A DNA stretch of 64,000 bases, from the NCBI GenBank assembly GCA_963813305.1, contig CAWEYP010000007.1, positions 67,965 to 131,964 of the forward strand. Direction: 5' to 3'. The notes under the pieces were generated by a model, which ran no database searches, had not been told where the DNA came from, and worked only from the letters and a program-made list of their open reading frames with translations. This document shows positions 41,606 to 51,274 of the stretch, piece after piece. The DNA is from an uncultured Chloroflexia bacterium (lineage in GTDB: Bacteria; Chloroflexota; Limnocylindria; Limnocylindrales; CSP1-4). How positions within the stretch are numbered: position 1 is the first letter of the stretch; each line of letters opens with the position of its first letter. A program made the position numbers and the translations under genes.

Positions 41606-42035
41606 CGGGACCGGCCGAGATCCGGCCGGCCCCCCCGGGGGCGCCGGCGCCACGGCCGGGAGCGCCCGCCGCACCGCCGCCAGGAACCGCCGGCTGCCGC
41701 CCACCGGCTCCGGGCACCTCGACCTGTCGGAGGTGCGTCGCAGGCACCGTATGCGCGGTAGGACGTACCGGAACGGCCGATCCGGAGCACCGGAGAGCGG
41801 TCCGGGACCCGATTGTCTCGCGGTCACGCTCGCCGGCCGGCCCACGACGCCGCCATCGAGCCCGAGGCGGGTCTTCGGCCGTCCGAGACCGCGCGCAAGG
41901 TGCGCCTGGCGCTCATTCGACAGGATCGAGGCGGTTGGGCGACCAGGCGTTCGAGCCGGTCGAGGATCAGGGCCAGACGAGCTCGTCGCGTCGCCGACGC
42001 CCTGCCCGCCGCGTGGAGTCGATCGAACCCACGGC

Positions 42036-42503
42036 TCAGGGCGCGGCGAGCGCCCGCTCCACGTCGGCCAGCTCGTTGCCGGCGACGTGGGATCGTGCCG
42101 TCTCGAGCAGCAGGCGCTCGATCGTCCGGACGGGGTCCGCCAGGTAGGCCCGCTCGCCGTCGCCGGGCGGCGCCACCGCGCCGTCGAAGGCGACATCCGT
42201 GCCGTCCGGTCGCTCGATCGTGAAGCCGTGGTAGCCGAGGCCCCCGACCGGCGGGACCCCGACGGCCCCGGTGAGCTTCGCCAGGGCCACGTCGAGGGAC
42301 GCCGCCTCGGCGTCGGTCAGGATCCATGTCGGATCGGCGCGACCCGAGTAGAGGCCGAGCGTCACCCGGACCGGCCCGGCCGGCCCGCTGCCGGGCGAGC
42401 TCGTGGCAGACGGTTCCGGCGTCGCGGTGGCACTCGCCCCGCAGGCGGCGACGAGGAGCAGGCCCCCGAGGCCGGCGATGAGGCGCACGGCCCGGGCGCC
42501 CAC
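42036..42503 (-). CDS. Small lipoprotein of unknown function
   Basis: GTG start. RLIAGLGGLLLVAAC (lipobox). Intact 155 codons. Confidence 0.6.
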   Translation of the reverse strand: MGARAVRLIAGLGGLLLVAACGASATATPEPSATSSPGSGPAGPVRVTLGLYSGRADPTWILTDAEAASLDVALAKLTGAVGVPPVGGLGYHGFTIERPDGTDVAFDGAVAPPGDGERAYLADPVRTIERLLLETARSHVAGNELADVERALAAP

Positions 42504-42504
42504 G

Positions 42505-43047
42505 TCAGGGGAGCTCCGGCTCCTCGCGGTCGAAGCCGGGCAGGGGGTCGTCGTCGCCCTCGAAGCGGCTCGCGTCGTCCACCCCGTCCGCCAGCCCCGG
42601 CCGGTCGCCGAAGGGCGACCCGACGACCTCCTCCCACGGCCCCAGCAGCAGGTCCAGCTCGTCGTCGTCGAGGAGGTCCTCGAGGACCACGGCGTACGCG
42701 GCGTCCAGCACGACCGGCACGGCCGCCATGCGCGGGCCGATCTCGGCGGTGCTCTCCCCGGCTCCGGCCACCCCGGCCGGGAACCAGTGGGTGGTGCTCG
42801 AGGCCCAGGCCGCGACCTCGTCGCCGACCGCCCGGACCGCCTCGAGGCGGCCGGCCCGCCGGGCCGATGTCGCGCAGCCGCGCCCGCAGCTCGGCCCGCG
42901 CGGCGACGTTCGGGTCGTTCTCGGCCGTGCCGAAGGAGCCGCCGCCGGCGGCGGCGAGCGCGGCGATCGCCCCCGGGTCGAGGTGGTCGAGGTCGTCGAG
43001 CAGGCGCTCCGCGGCGACCGAGTTCGGCCCGTACGATCCGTGCTCAC
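42505..43047 (-). CDS. Hypothetical protein with an acidic C-terminus; start and one frame change (near 42850) uncertain
   Basis: ..NSVAAERLLDDLDHLDPGAIAALAAAGGGSFGTAENDPNVAARAELRARL joins the ORF 42505..43371 tail (LEAVRAVGDEVAAWASSTTHWFPAG..VLEDLLDDDELDLLLGPWEEV). Confidence 0.35.
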   Translation of the reverse strand: MSTDRTGRTRSPRSACSTTSTTSTRGRSPRSPPPAAAPSARPRTTRTSPRGPSCGRGCATSARRAGRLEAVRAVGDEVAAWASSTTHWFPAGVAGAGESTAEIGPRMAAVPVVLDAAYAVVLEDLLDDDELDLLLGPWEEVVGSPFGDRPGLADGVDDASRFEGDDDPLPGFDREEPELP

Positions 43048-43054
43048 GACGGCT

Positions 43055-43256
43055 CTACAGCGACGTGGCGACGTAGAGGCAGACGGCGACGACGAGCCCG
43101 GCTCCGACGCCCAGCGCACCGGCTCCCCAGGCCGCCCAGTCGATGGGTCCGCAGCGCGGGCTCGTGCTCGCCGTGCTCGTCGTGCCCGGCGTGCCCGTGA
43201 CCAGCGTCGTCGGGCTCGTGCGCCGGGGCGTGGTCGTCGTGGGTCGTGTCGCTCAT
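43055..43256 (-). CDS. Small His/Asp-rich protein with a C-terminal TM helix; frame break near 43145
   Basis: MSDTTHDDHAPAHEPDDAGHGHAGHDEHGEHEP joins (R)CGPIDWAAWGAGALGVGAGLVVAVCLYVATSL, with TAG at 43055-43057. Confidence 0.4.
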
Positions 43257-43360
43257 GGCGGCATTCTAGACCCCGGCGTCGCGGGGATCCGGGCGGTCCA
43301 GGGCCGTCGCGGCGTTCGCGCGGCCGTCGTCGGCCTCGACGCCGTCGGTACACTCGGGCC

Positions 43361-44034
43361 GTGACGCTCACCCTCGTCCTGACCCGCCACGGCCTGACCG
43401 ACCGCTCCGATCCCGAGCAGCACCTCGGCCAGGGGATCGACGTCGGGCTGTCGGCCGCCGGGCGCGCCCAGGCGGCCGCCCTCGCCGGCCGGATCGCCGA
43501 CGAGCACTTCGACCGGATCGTCAGCAGCCCCCTGCAGCGGGCGATGGAGACGGCGGAGGCGGTGGCCCGCGGCCGCCCGGTGGAGACCGACCCGCGCCTG
43601 ATGGAGATGGACTACGGGGCCTGGGAAGGGCTGACGTACGAGCAGATCGACGCCGTCGACGCCGCCGGGCGCGCACGCTGGGCCGCCGACCCCGAGACCC
43701 TCGCCTGCCCGGGCGGCGAATCGGGCGCCGACGTCGCGGCGCGGGCGCGCTCGTTCCTGGCCGACCTGCTCGGGTGGGCCGCCGAGCGCGGCGACGACCC
43801 GGTCGTGCTTGCCGTGGCCCACAGCACGCTCAACCGGATCCTCTTCTGCGTCGCCGTCGGGGTCCCCGTCGCGCGAGTACCGCCGGCGCTTCACGCAGAG
43901 CCAGGCGAACCTGACCGTCCTGCGCTGGCCGTCGGGCGCCCGGCCCGAGCGAGGCGCGGATCCTGACCGTCAACGACACGTCCCACGTCGCCGCCGCCCG
44001 GCCAGGCTCCCTGGGAGCCCGCGCCGGGGCCTGA
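43361..44034 (+). CDS. Histidine phosphatase (phosphoglycerate mutase-like/CobC-like) family protein; two frame breaks (near 43875 and 43950)
   Basis: GTG at 43361. LVLTRHGLTD (RHG motif), SSPLQRAMETA, MEMDYGAWEG, LAVAHSTLNR | EYRRRFTQSQANLTVL | ARILTVNDTSHV. Confidence 0.8.
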
Positions 44035-44757
44035 GGCGAGGGCCCGCCGGCACGCGTCCGGCCCTGCCCGCCCCCGGCCTACTCGGCCTTCGGGATCGGG
44101 CGCGTCGCCGGCGGCCGGGAAACGGCCGGCCGAGGCGGAACCACAGGAGGACCACGAGACCCCCGACGACCGCGACGGCGATCGCGAGGTCGAACGGCTG
44201 GAGCATCTCGCGGATCTCGACCCAGTTCTTGCCCAGCTGGACGCCGGCCCAGACGAGCGCGGTCGACCACAGGAAGGCGCCGGCCGTCGAGTAGACGATG
44301 AACTTCCGGAGGTCCATGCGGGCCACGCCGGCCGGGAAGCTGATGAAGGTCCGGACGATCGGCAGCAGGCGGCTGAAGAAGGCCGTCTGGGCCCCGTACT
44401 TCGCGAAGAAGTGGTCGGCGATCTCGATCTCGTGCGGGCGGATGAGCAGGTACTTGCCGTAGCGCTCGAGGAACGGCCGGCCGCCGTAGGCGCCGATCGC
44501 GTACGCCACGAGCGACCCCAGCGTGTTCCCGATCGTCGCCACGACGACCACGATCCAGAAGCTCCACGGCTGGCCCGTGATGGGCTCGACTGGGACGGGT
44601 CGGAGACGAGGAAGCCGGCGAACGGCAGGATCAGCTCAGAGGGGAGCGGGATCATCGCCGACTCGATGGCCATGGCCAGCATGACGCCGAAGTAGCCGAC
44701 CGCGCCGTAGAGGGTCTCGAGGAAGGGGATGACGATCTCGTCGATGAAGGCAAGCAT
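43970..44757 (-). CDS. DedA/SNARE-associated family membrane protein; frame break near 44590; alternative stop at 44079
   Basis: MLAFIDEIVIPFLETLYGAVGYFGVMLAMAIESAMIPLPSELILPFAGFLVS joins ORF 43970..44551 (VEPITGQPWSFWIVVVVATIGNTLGS..RLLPIVRTFISFPAGVARM). Confidence 0.8.
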
Positions 44758-44912
44758 CGTCGGGGAGGATACGCGAGCGTGCCGGGAGGGCCGCCGACCG
44801 ATCGTCCCGCGAGCGGAGCGCCGATCGTCGCGCGCGCGGCGCGCCGATCGTCCGGTCGCGCGACCCGCCCGATCGCCGGCCGGGCGGGATCCGGCCGGAC
44901 TATGCTCGCGCG

Positions 44913-46601
44913 GTGAGCGAGCCCCACTCCGCGCCCCGTCGACCATCCCGAGCGGCCCCCACTTCGAGCCGGGGCGTCCCGCGCCCGGCGCGGAGGCCGG
45001 CGACATCGTCCTGACCGGCGCCGACCTGACCGTGGCGGACGTCGAGGCCGTGGCCCGCGGTGGCGCGCGCGCGGTCCTCGACCTCGCACGCCCGGGCACG
45101 GATGGCGGAGGCGCGGGCCGTCGTCGCCCGCCTCGTCGCGGCCGGCGAGGTCGTCTACGGGATCACGACCGGCTTCGGCGACCTCGCCACGACCTTCATC
45201 CCGCCGGCCGACGCCCGCCGGCTCCAGGAGAACCTGCTCGCGAGCCACGCGGTCGGAGTCGGCCCTGCGCTCCCGCGCGACGTCGTCCGGGCGATGCTGC
45301 TCCTGCGGGCGAACACGCTGGCACTCGGGCATTCCGGGTGCCGGCCCGGAGATCGTCGACCGGCTCCTCCGGTTCCTGGAGCTCGGCATCCACCCGCTCG
45401 TGCCCAGCCGCAGGGGAGCGTCGGCGCGTCGGGCGACCTCGCCCCGCTGGCCCACCTCGCCCTGCCGCTCGTCGGGCGCGGCGAGGTCGGAGCTGGGCGG
45501 CCACGTGATGCCGGCGCTCCTCGCACTGCAGGGAGGCGCGGCCTCGAGCCGCTGGTGCTGGAGGCGAAGGAGGGCCTCGCGCTCCTCAACGGGACGCAGC
45601 TGATGAGCGGCGATCGGCGCGCTCGTGCTGGCCGACGCCGACCGCCTGGCGCGCACGGCCTCGGTCGCCGCGGCGCAGTCCGTGGAGGCGCTGCTCGGGA
45701 CGGACGTCGCGTACGCCGCCGCCTACCAGCTCGCCCGCCCGCACCCGGGCCAGGTGGCGGTGGCCGCGCGAGCTGCGCCACCTGCTGCGCGGACTCCGGG
45801 CTCATGGCCCAGCACCACGCCTCGACGCACAAGGTCCAGGACCCGTACTCGCTGCGCTGCGTGCCGCAGGTCCACGGCGCCGTGCGCGACGCCCTCGACC
45901 ACCTGCGGCGGGTGCTCGACGTCGAGATGAACGCGGCGACCGACAACCCGCTCGATCTTCCCCGGCGGCGGCGTCGCGGACGCCGAGGCGGCGGCCACCG
46001 GCGGCGGGCTGGTGATCTCCGGCGGCAACTTCCACGGCGAGCCGATCGCCCTGGCGCTCGACTTCGCCAAGCTCGCGATCGCCGAGCTCGGCGCGATCAG
46101 CGAGCGCCGGATCGCGCTCCTCGTCGACGGCCGGCTCAACGGCGGCCTGCCGCCGTTCCTGGCCCAGGGAGAGCGGCCTCAACTCCGGGATGATGATCCT
46201 CCAGTACACGGCGGCCGCCCTCGCCTCGGAGAACAAGGTCCTGGTGCACCCGGGATCGGCGGACTCCATCCCGACGTCGGCCAACCAGGAGGACCACGTC
46301 TCGATGGGCGCGACCTCGGCCCGCCACGCGCGGCAGGTCCTGGACCACGTCGAGCGGATCCTGGCCCTCGAGCTCCTGGTCGGGGCGCAGGCGCTCGACC
46401 TCCGGCGTGGCCTCGTGGCGTCGGCCGCCGGAGTCGAGCGCGGCCGATGCACCGGTGCCCGGCGTGGGGGTCGCCGAGGCCCACCGGCGGATCCGGGCGG
46501 TCGTGGCGCACCTCGACCGCGACCGGGAGATGGGGGCGGACATCGAGGCCGCGACGCGGCTCGTTCGAACCGGGGCGCTCGTCGACCTCGTCGACGGCTG
46601 A
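44913..46601 (+). CDS. hutH: Histidine ammonia-lyase; at least 11 frame breaks as sequenced
   Basis: Pieces lie in ORFs 44729..45508, 45060..46193, 45625..45930, 46012..47706, 46190..46660 and 46407..46601. Motifs: [66 protein letters not shown]. The start (GTG 44913) is tentative. Confidence 0.9.
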
Positions 46602-46703
46602 TCGCCGGCCGGCCCGGGCCGGACGGTCCTGGGGCACGGCAGGACGGTCCGCCGGATTAGTCGTGCGTCACCACGAACCGTCAGCAGGGACGAACGGGCC
46701 CGA

Positions 46704-47397
46704 TCAGCCCCGGAGCGCCCTCCGCAGGGCGCGCGCTCCGACGAAGCTCACGCCAAGGGCCAGCGCCTGGCGCCACGTCCAGCCGAGACCACCGGGATCG
46801 TCCGGTCCGGGCGCGAGGGGAGTCCCATCGGCCGGCGTGATCCGGACCAGGGGCACCCACGAGACACAGCGCGAGGATTCGCTCGTCGGCCGAGGTCGGC
46901 GGGAAGCAGCCCATCATCGCCCCGGGGATCGCCATCGATCGCGCAAGGGGCGGGATGACACGGGCCCGGACGCTCGGGTCGCGCTCCTCGGCGGCAAGCG
47001 CGGCGATGGGTGGGCGTCCCGGGAGGAGGAGCTCCACTCGCGGGTCGTCGAGGACGTTGCGGTACCACAGCGTGGCGGGCCCGTACCCGGCCATCACCCA
47101 GGCGGCGCCATCCATCACCAGGTAGCCCAGCGGCGTGTGACGCCGAAGGCCCGAGCGGCGGCCGATCGTCGTGACGAGGCACTGCCAGCCTGTCACGGGA
47201 TTGCCGAGCCAGGCGGCCAGGCCCGCCCGGTGGAGCGGGATCATCCCGTACCGGTTCGCGTAGCGGAACATGGTCCGGCTCGCGTCGGACAGGGCCTTTG
47301 GCATGCCGGTGAGCTCGGGCGGCGCGGTGACCGCGCCGGGTGGAAGCGGGGAAGCGTCGGCGGAAGGGCTGGTGAGGGGGTCTGTCGCCGTGGCCAT
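46704..47397 (-). CDS. DUF385 / deazaflavin (F420)-dependent nitroreductase-family protein; frame break near 46860
   Basis: ..[53 protein letters not shown].. joins [14 protein letters not shown].., with TGA at 46704-46706. Confidence 0.7.
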
Positions 47398-47456
47398 GGC
47401 GCGAGGGTCGCTCGTGGCCGTCGACCGGGCCAGTGCCGGGCGTCCCGAAGGCAGGT

Positions 47457-47530
47457 GCGGATCGGCGCACCTCGGCGGCGGATCGGCGCACCTCGGCGGC
47501 GGATCGGCGCACCTCGGCGGCGGATCGGCG
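47457..47530. repeat. Perfect 21-nt tandem repeat, 3.5 copies (GCGGATCGGCGCACCTCGGCG)
   Basis: Copies at 47457-47477, 47478-47498 and 47499-47519, plus 11 nt more. Intergenic, between the MFS stop (47534) and the DUF385 gene start (47397). Confidence 0.9.
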
Positions 47531-47533
47531 TTC

Positions 47534-48869
47534 TCAGGCGCCGGTCGACGTCCCCCGGCCGATCGGCCGCACGAAGGCGAGCAGGGCGAGCCCGCCAACG
47601 GCGCACGCGGCGCCGAACCAGAAGGGGGCGGACTGGCCGACGCGATCCCACAGCAGGCCGGCGACGATCGAGGCCGGGAGGATGGCGAGGCCAGTCACGG
47701 CATTGAGGATGCCGTACGCGGTGGCGCGCAGCTCCGGCAGGGCGAGGTCGGCGACGAGCGCTCGCCCGACGGCCTCGTTGACGCCGTAGTACGCACCGTA
47801 GAGCAGCCACAGCGGCAGCACGGCGCCTGGACTGCCGGCCAGCGCGAGCCCGGCATACGTCACGGCGTACAGGGCCCAGGCAATCGCGATCAGGCGCCGG
47901 CGCCCGATCCGGTCCGAGAGGGCGCCCATCGGCCAGGCGACGATCGCATCGACGACGTTGAAGGCGATGACGATGAGCAGCAGGTCGCGCACGGCAACCC
48001 CCAGGGCCTGGGAGCGGAGGGCGATGAACGCGTCGGATGAGTTGCCCAGCGTGAAGAGGCCGGACGCCGCGACGAAGACCCAGAAGGCAGTCGGGAAGCG
48101 ATGGAACCCGGTCGCGGGCGCAGCCGCTTCCGTGACTGGCGGCGGAGTGGCTCCCTCCGCCGATGCCCCTGGGCGCATCCCCGGCGCATCCGCCGTGGGC
48201 GCGGGACCTGGCGTGGGTGCCGGCCCGGGCGCCGGCTTCGGGACGTCGCGGACACCGACTGCCGATCGCCAGGAGCGCGAGCAGGCCCGGGATGAGCGCA
48301 GCGAGTGCCAGGAGGCGGAACGTGTCGCCCTGGAGCGTGGTGTCGTCGCCCTGTACCGCCCCGACGATGAGCGCGGCCAGCGCGACGCCGATCACGGCCC
48401 CCGTCGTGTCCATCGCCCGGTGGAGGCCGAAGGCGCGGCCGCGGGCCTCGGGTGCCGTGGAGTCGGCGATGAGGGCGTCCCGCGGCGCCGTCCGGATGCC
48501 CTTGCCGATCCGGTCGCCGACGCGCGCCACGAGGACGAGCGGCCAGGCCGTCGCCACGATGTACAGGGCCTTGGAGGCCACCGAGGCGCTGTAGCCGCTC
48601 CCCACGAGCACCGTCCGTCGCCCGATCCGGTCCGAGAGCGCGCCGGAGCCGAGCTTCACGAAGGCCGCGACGCTCTCGGCGATCCCCTCGATGATCCCGA
48701 TGACCGTCGGCGTCGCGGCCAGGACGTTGGCCAGGAAGAGCGGCACGACGTAGATCAGTAGCTCCGACGAGACGTCGGTCAGGAGGCTGACCACGCCGAG
48801 GACGACGACGTTGCGGGTGATCCCGCGGAGGAGCGCAGCGCGGGCTCCGGCGCCCCGGGGTTGAGTCAC
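47534..48869 (-). CDS. MFS transporter; frame break near 48240
   Basis: GTG at 48869. [33 protein letters not shown] joins ORF 47534..48178 (second six-helix half, [12 protein letters not shown]). Confidence 0.8.
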
Positions 48870-48875
48870 GGGGCC

Positions 48876-49430
48876 ATGATGCCCCCGATGACGCCCGGGC
48901 TCCTGGCCTTCGTCGCGTTCCGCGTCGCGACCGCGCTGCCCGTCCTGCGCTGGCCGCTCGCAGGCGGGCTGCTGGCGATCGCCGGCGACATGGCCGACCT
49001 CCTGCTGCGCGACCTGCTCGGCATCGGCGGGGCCGTCGAGTACCAGGTCCTCGACAAGCTCATGGACCAGGTCTACCTTGCCCTCTTCCTCGTCGTGGCG
49101 CTCCGCTGGGAGGGCGTGGAGCGGCGCATCGCGGTGGCCCTCTACCTCTACCGCCTGGCCGGCTCGATCCTCTTCCTGGTGACCGGCGACCGCGCGGTGC
49201 TGCTTCTCTTCCCGAACGTGTTCGAGCCGTGGTTCATCTTCGTGGCCGCGATCCACCACCTGCCTGCGCCGCTCCGCTGGACGCCCGCTCGCCTCGCCGT
49301 CGTGCTGACGGTCCTGACCGTGCTCAAGCTGGGGCAGGAGTGGGCGCTCCACGTCGGCCGGATCTTCGATTCGATGACCTCGCTGGAGTTCCTCGAGGAG
49401 CTCTGGCGCAGGCTGACGGGCGGGCCCTGA
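48876..49430 (+). CDS. Hypothetical polytopic membrane protein
   Basis: Intact ORF divergent from the MFS gene, with 5-6 hydrophobic helices. No motif recognised. Confidence 0.5.
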   Translation: MMPPMTPGLLAFVAFRVATALPVLRWPLAGGLLAIAGDMADLLLRDLLGIGGAVEYQVLDKLMDQVYLALFLVVALRWEGVERRIAVALYLYRLAGSILFLVTGDRAVLLLFPNVFEPWFIFVAAIHHLPAPLRWTPARLAVVLTVLTVLKLGQEWALHVGRIFDSMTSLEFLEELWRRLTGGP

Positions 49431-49482
49431 GCACGCCGGCGGCGTTCCCCGGCTGCCCGCCCCGCGGTACCCTCTCTCCACC

Positions 49483-50280
49483 ATGGACCGGATCCGCATC
49501 GTCGACGTCACGGACGCGGCGACCTTCGGCCTCCTCCCGCCGTGCGCCGACGCGTCGTTCGACCACCGCACCTGCGACTACTGGGAGGACGCCGACCGGG
49601 GGTCGAAGGCGCACCGGGCGAGCTGGCTCCGGACCAGCACCGGCGCCGGCTCGGAGACGACCACCCCGGCGCGGCAGCCGCCGACGAACCCGTTCCTCGC
49701 CGATCTCGAGGCCCGGGACGACAACCCGTTCGCCCTGAGGCGCGAGGCACCGGTCAACCCGTTCGCCCTCGACGACGACGAGGACCCGCTCTCCGAGAAC
49801 CCGTTCGCGCCCACGCGCGCAGCGCGCCCGACCGTGGGCCCCGGCGCGGCACCGAAGCTCGCCCTGCTGGGGCGCGGCCTGGCGGTTTTCGGGAGCTACG
49901 CCAAGGTGCTGCTCGTCGACGACGAGGGCGAGGACGGCGAACGTGCGGCGGCCTATGCCCAGTTCGGCCCCCTCTCCGCGTACCCGCGCGCCCTGCGCCT
50001 CCGCGACCTGTACCCGCGGCTTCCCCAGGCGCCCCTCCCGGCGATCATCACGTGCGTGGCGGTGGCGTCGGATCAGCGCGGCCGGGGATTCGGCGAGCGG
50101 CTGGTCGCCGCGATCTGCGACGATCTCGCCGGACGCGGCTTCGCCGCCGTCGAGGCCTACCCGGAGATCGGTCCGGCACCCGACGCGACCTCGGCCGCGA
50201 CGCCGGCCTTCTGGGAGCGCGCCGGCTTCGCCGTCGTCGTCCCCGATCCGCGCTACCCGGTCGTCCGCCGCGAGCTCTGA
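49483..50280 (+). CDS. GNAT-family acetyltransferase with a disordered insertion carrying four NPF motifs
   Basis: C-terminal GNAT core (ITCVAVASDQRGRGFGERLVAAICDDL..FWERAGF). N-terminal CADASFDHRTCDYWED. Insert: NPFLADL, NPFALRR, NPFALDD, NPFAPTR. Confidence 0.7.
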   Translation: MDRIRIVDVTDAATFGLLPPCADASFDHRTCDYWEDADRGSKAHRASWLRTSTGAGSETTTPARQPPTNPFLADLEARDDNPFALRREAPVNPFALDDDEDPLSENPFAPTRAARPTVGPGAAPKLALLGRGLAVFGSYAKVLLVDDEGEDGERAAAYAQFGPLSAYPRALRLRDLYPRLPQAPLPAIITCVAVASDQRGRGFGERLVAAICDDLAGRGFAAVEAYPEIGPAPDATSAATPAFWERAGFAVVVPDPRYPVVRREL

Positions 50281-50306
50281 CGTCACGCAGGCTTGACCCA
50301 GCGACC

Positions 50307-50682
50307 ATGGTGAGCATCGGACGTGAGCTGCCAGCCGCGGGTCCCCGCAGGGGCGACATCTTCGCGCTGGATCTTCCGGACGTCGGCGGCCACGTCCAGG
50401 CGGGGCGCCGGCCGGGTGTCGTCGTGCAGGCGGACCGGTTCGCTCGCTCGGGCACCGTCATCCTGTGCCCCCTCACCAGCGCGCCGCCACGCGACGACCT
50501 CCCCCGGCCTCATCGGGTACCGGTCGCCAGGAACGAGACGGGTCTCGACCGCGACGGTTGGGTGAAGGCGGATCAGCTCGTCACCGTGCCGGGCTCGACC
50601 CTTGCCGGGCCCCTCGGCCGGCTTGCGCCGGACGCCCTGGCGCGACTCGACGACGCCGCTTCGGTTCGTGCTCGACCTCTAG
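50307..50682 (+). CDS. MazF/PemK-family endoribonuclease toxin; frame break near 50655
   Basis: RRGDIFALDLPDVGGHVQAGRRPGVVVQADRF..VILCPLTS..DGWVKADQLVTV.. then ..LDDA | LRFVLDL, with TAG at 50680-50682. No MazE-like ORF lies upstream. Confidence 0.8.
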
Positions 50683-51143
50683 GCAGTCCTGGGGCCGGAA
50701 GGTGGCGCCGGGGTCACCTCGTCGCGGGCAACCAGCCGCAGTCGGCCGAAGGCGGCCGGCAGGACGTCGATCGACCAGCCTCCAGCGCGGGCCGCGGACG
50801 GCACGATGATCGCGTCGGCTGCCGCTTCGAGCGCCGCCGCCAGGACCCGCCGACAGGTCTCGTTCGGCCGGCCGGGCGACCACGGCGCGACGAGCTCGTC
50901 GAGGGTGACGCCGAGGGCCGCTCGCGTCGCGTCGTCTCGGAGGTCCAGCACCGCCAGGTCCGCCTCGAAGACGCAGCGCCAGCGGAGATCGTCCGCCGGC
51001 CGGACGGCGCCGCCCGTTGCGTGGGCCCACTCCGCCCAGATCGTCGCCTCGTTGAGCGCACCGTAGAGCGGCCACGGGTCGCCGGGTCCGTGGTACCGGC
51101 CGGCGTGGGACGCCCTCTCTGCGGGCGGGACGCAGGCGGGCAC
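50679..51143 (-). CDS. RES-domain toxin (MbcT/ParT-like NAD-targeting family); the true start probably lies further upstream (up to about 51270)
   Basis: ..HAGRYHGPGDPWPLYGALNEATIWAEW.. (R..E), ..IIVPSAAR (S). The open frame continues upstream as ..RFAGRIYRQTAFR without a canonical start codon. Confidence 0.8.
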   Translation of the reverse strand: MPACVPPAERASHAGRYHGPGDPWPLYGALNEATIWAEWAHATGGAVRPADDLRWRCVFEADLAVLDLRDDATRAALGVTLDELVAPWSPGRPNETCRRVLAAALEAAADAIIVPSAARAGGWSIDVLPAAFGRLRLVARDEVTPAPPSGPRTA

Positions 51144-51274
51144 GCGGAAGGCGGTCTGGCGGTAGATCCGGCCGGCGAACCGGGAGAGACGCGGCGTCGG
51201 GGGATCCGGCGCGCCCCGCGACGGCGCCGGCCGCGCCGGCCGACCGCTGGGCGGCGTGGAGCCGGGCGGCTCGC

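Noticed and set aside
47457-47530. I considered the tandem repeats here, at 15110-15155 and at 24574-24609 as a CRISPR array.
   Set aside because: The units are contiguous or nearly so, with no unique spacers. The units are 12-21 nt long. No cas genes are in the window.
49687-49810. Four GAACCCGTTC/AACCCGTTC words resembling LexA half-site pairs.
   Set aside because: The spacing is GAAC-N2-GTTC, not N4. They lie inside a coding region, where they simply encode the NPF motif.
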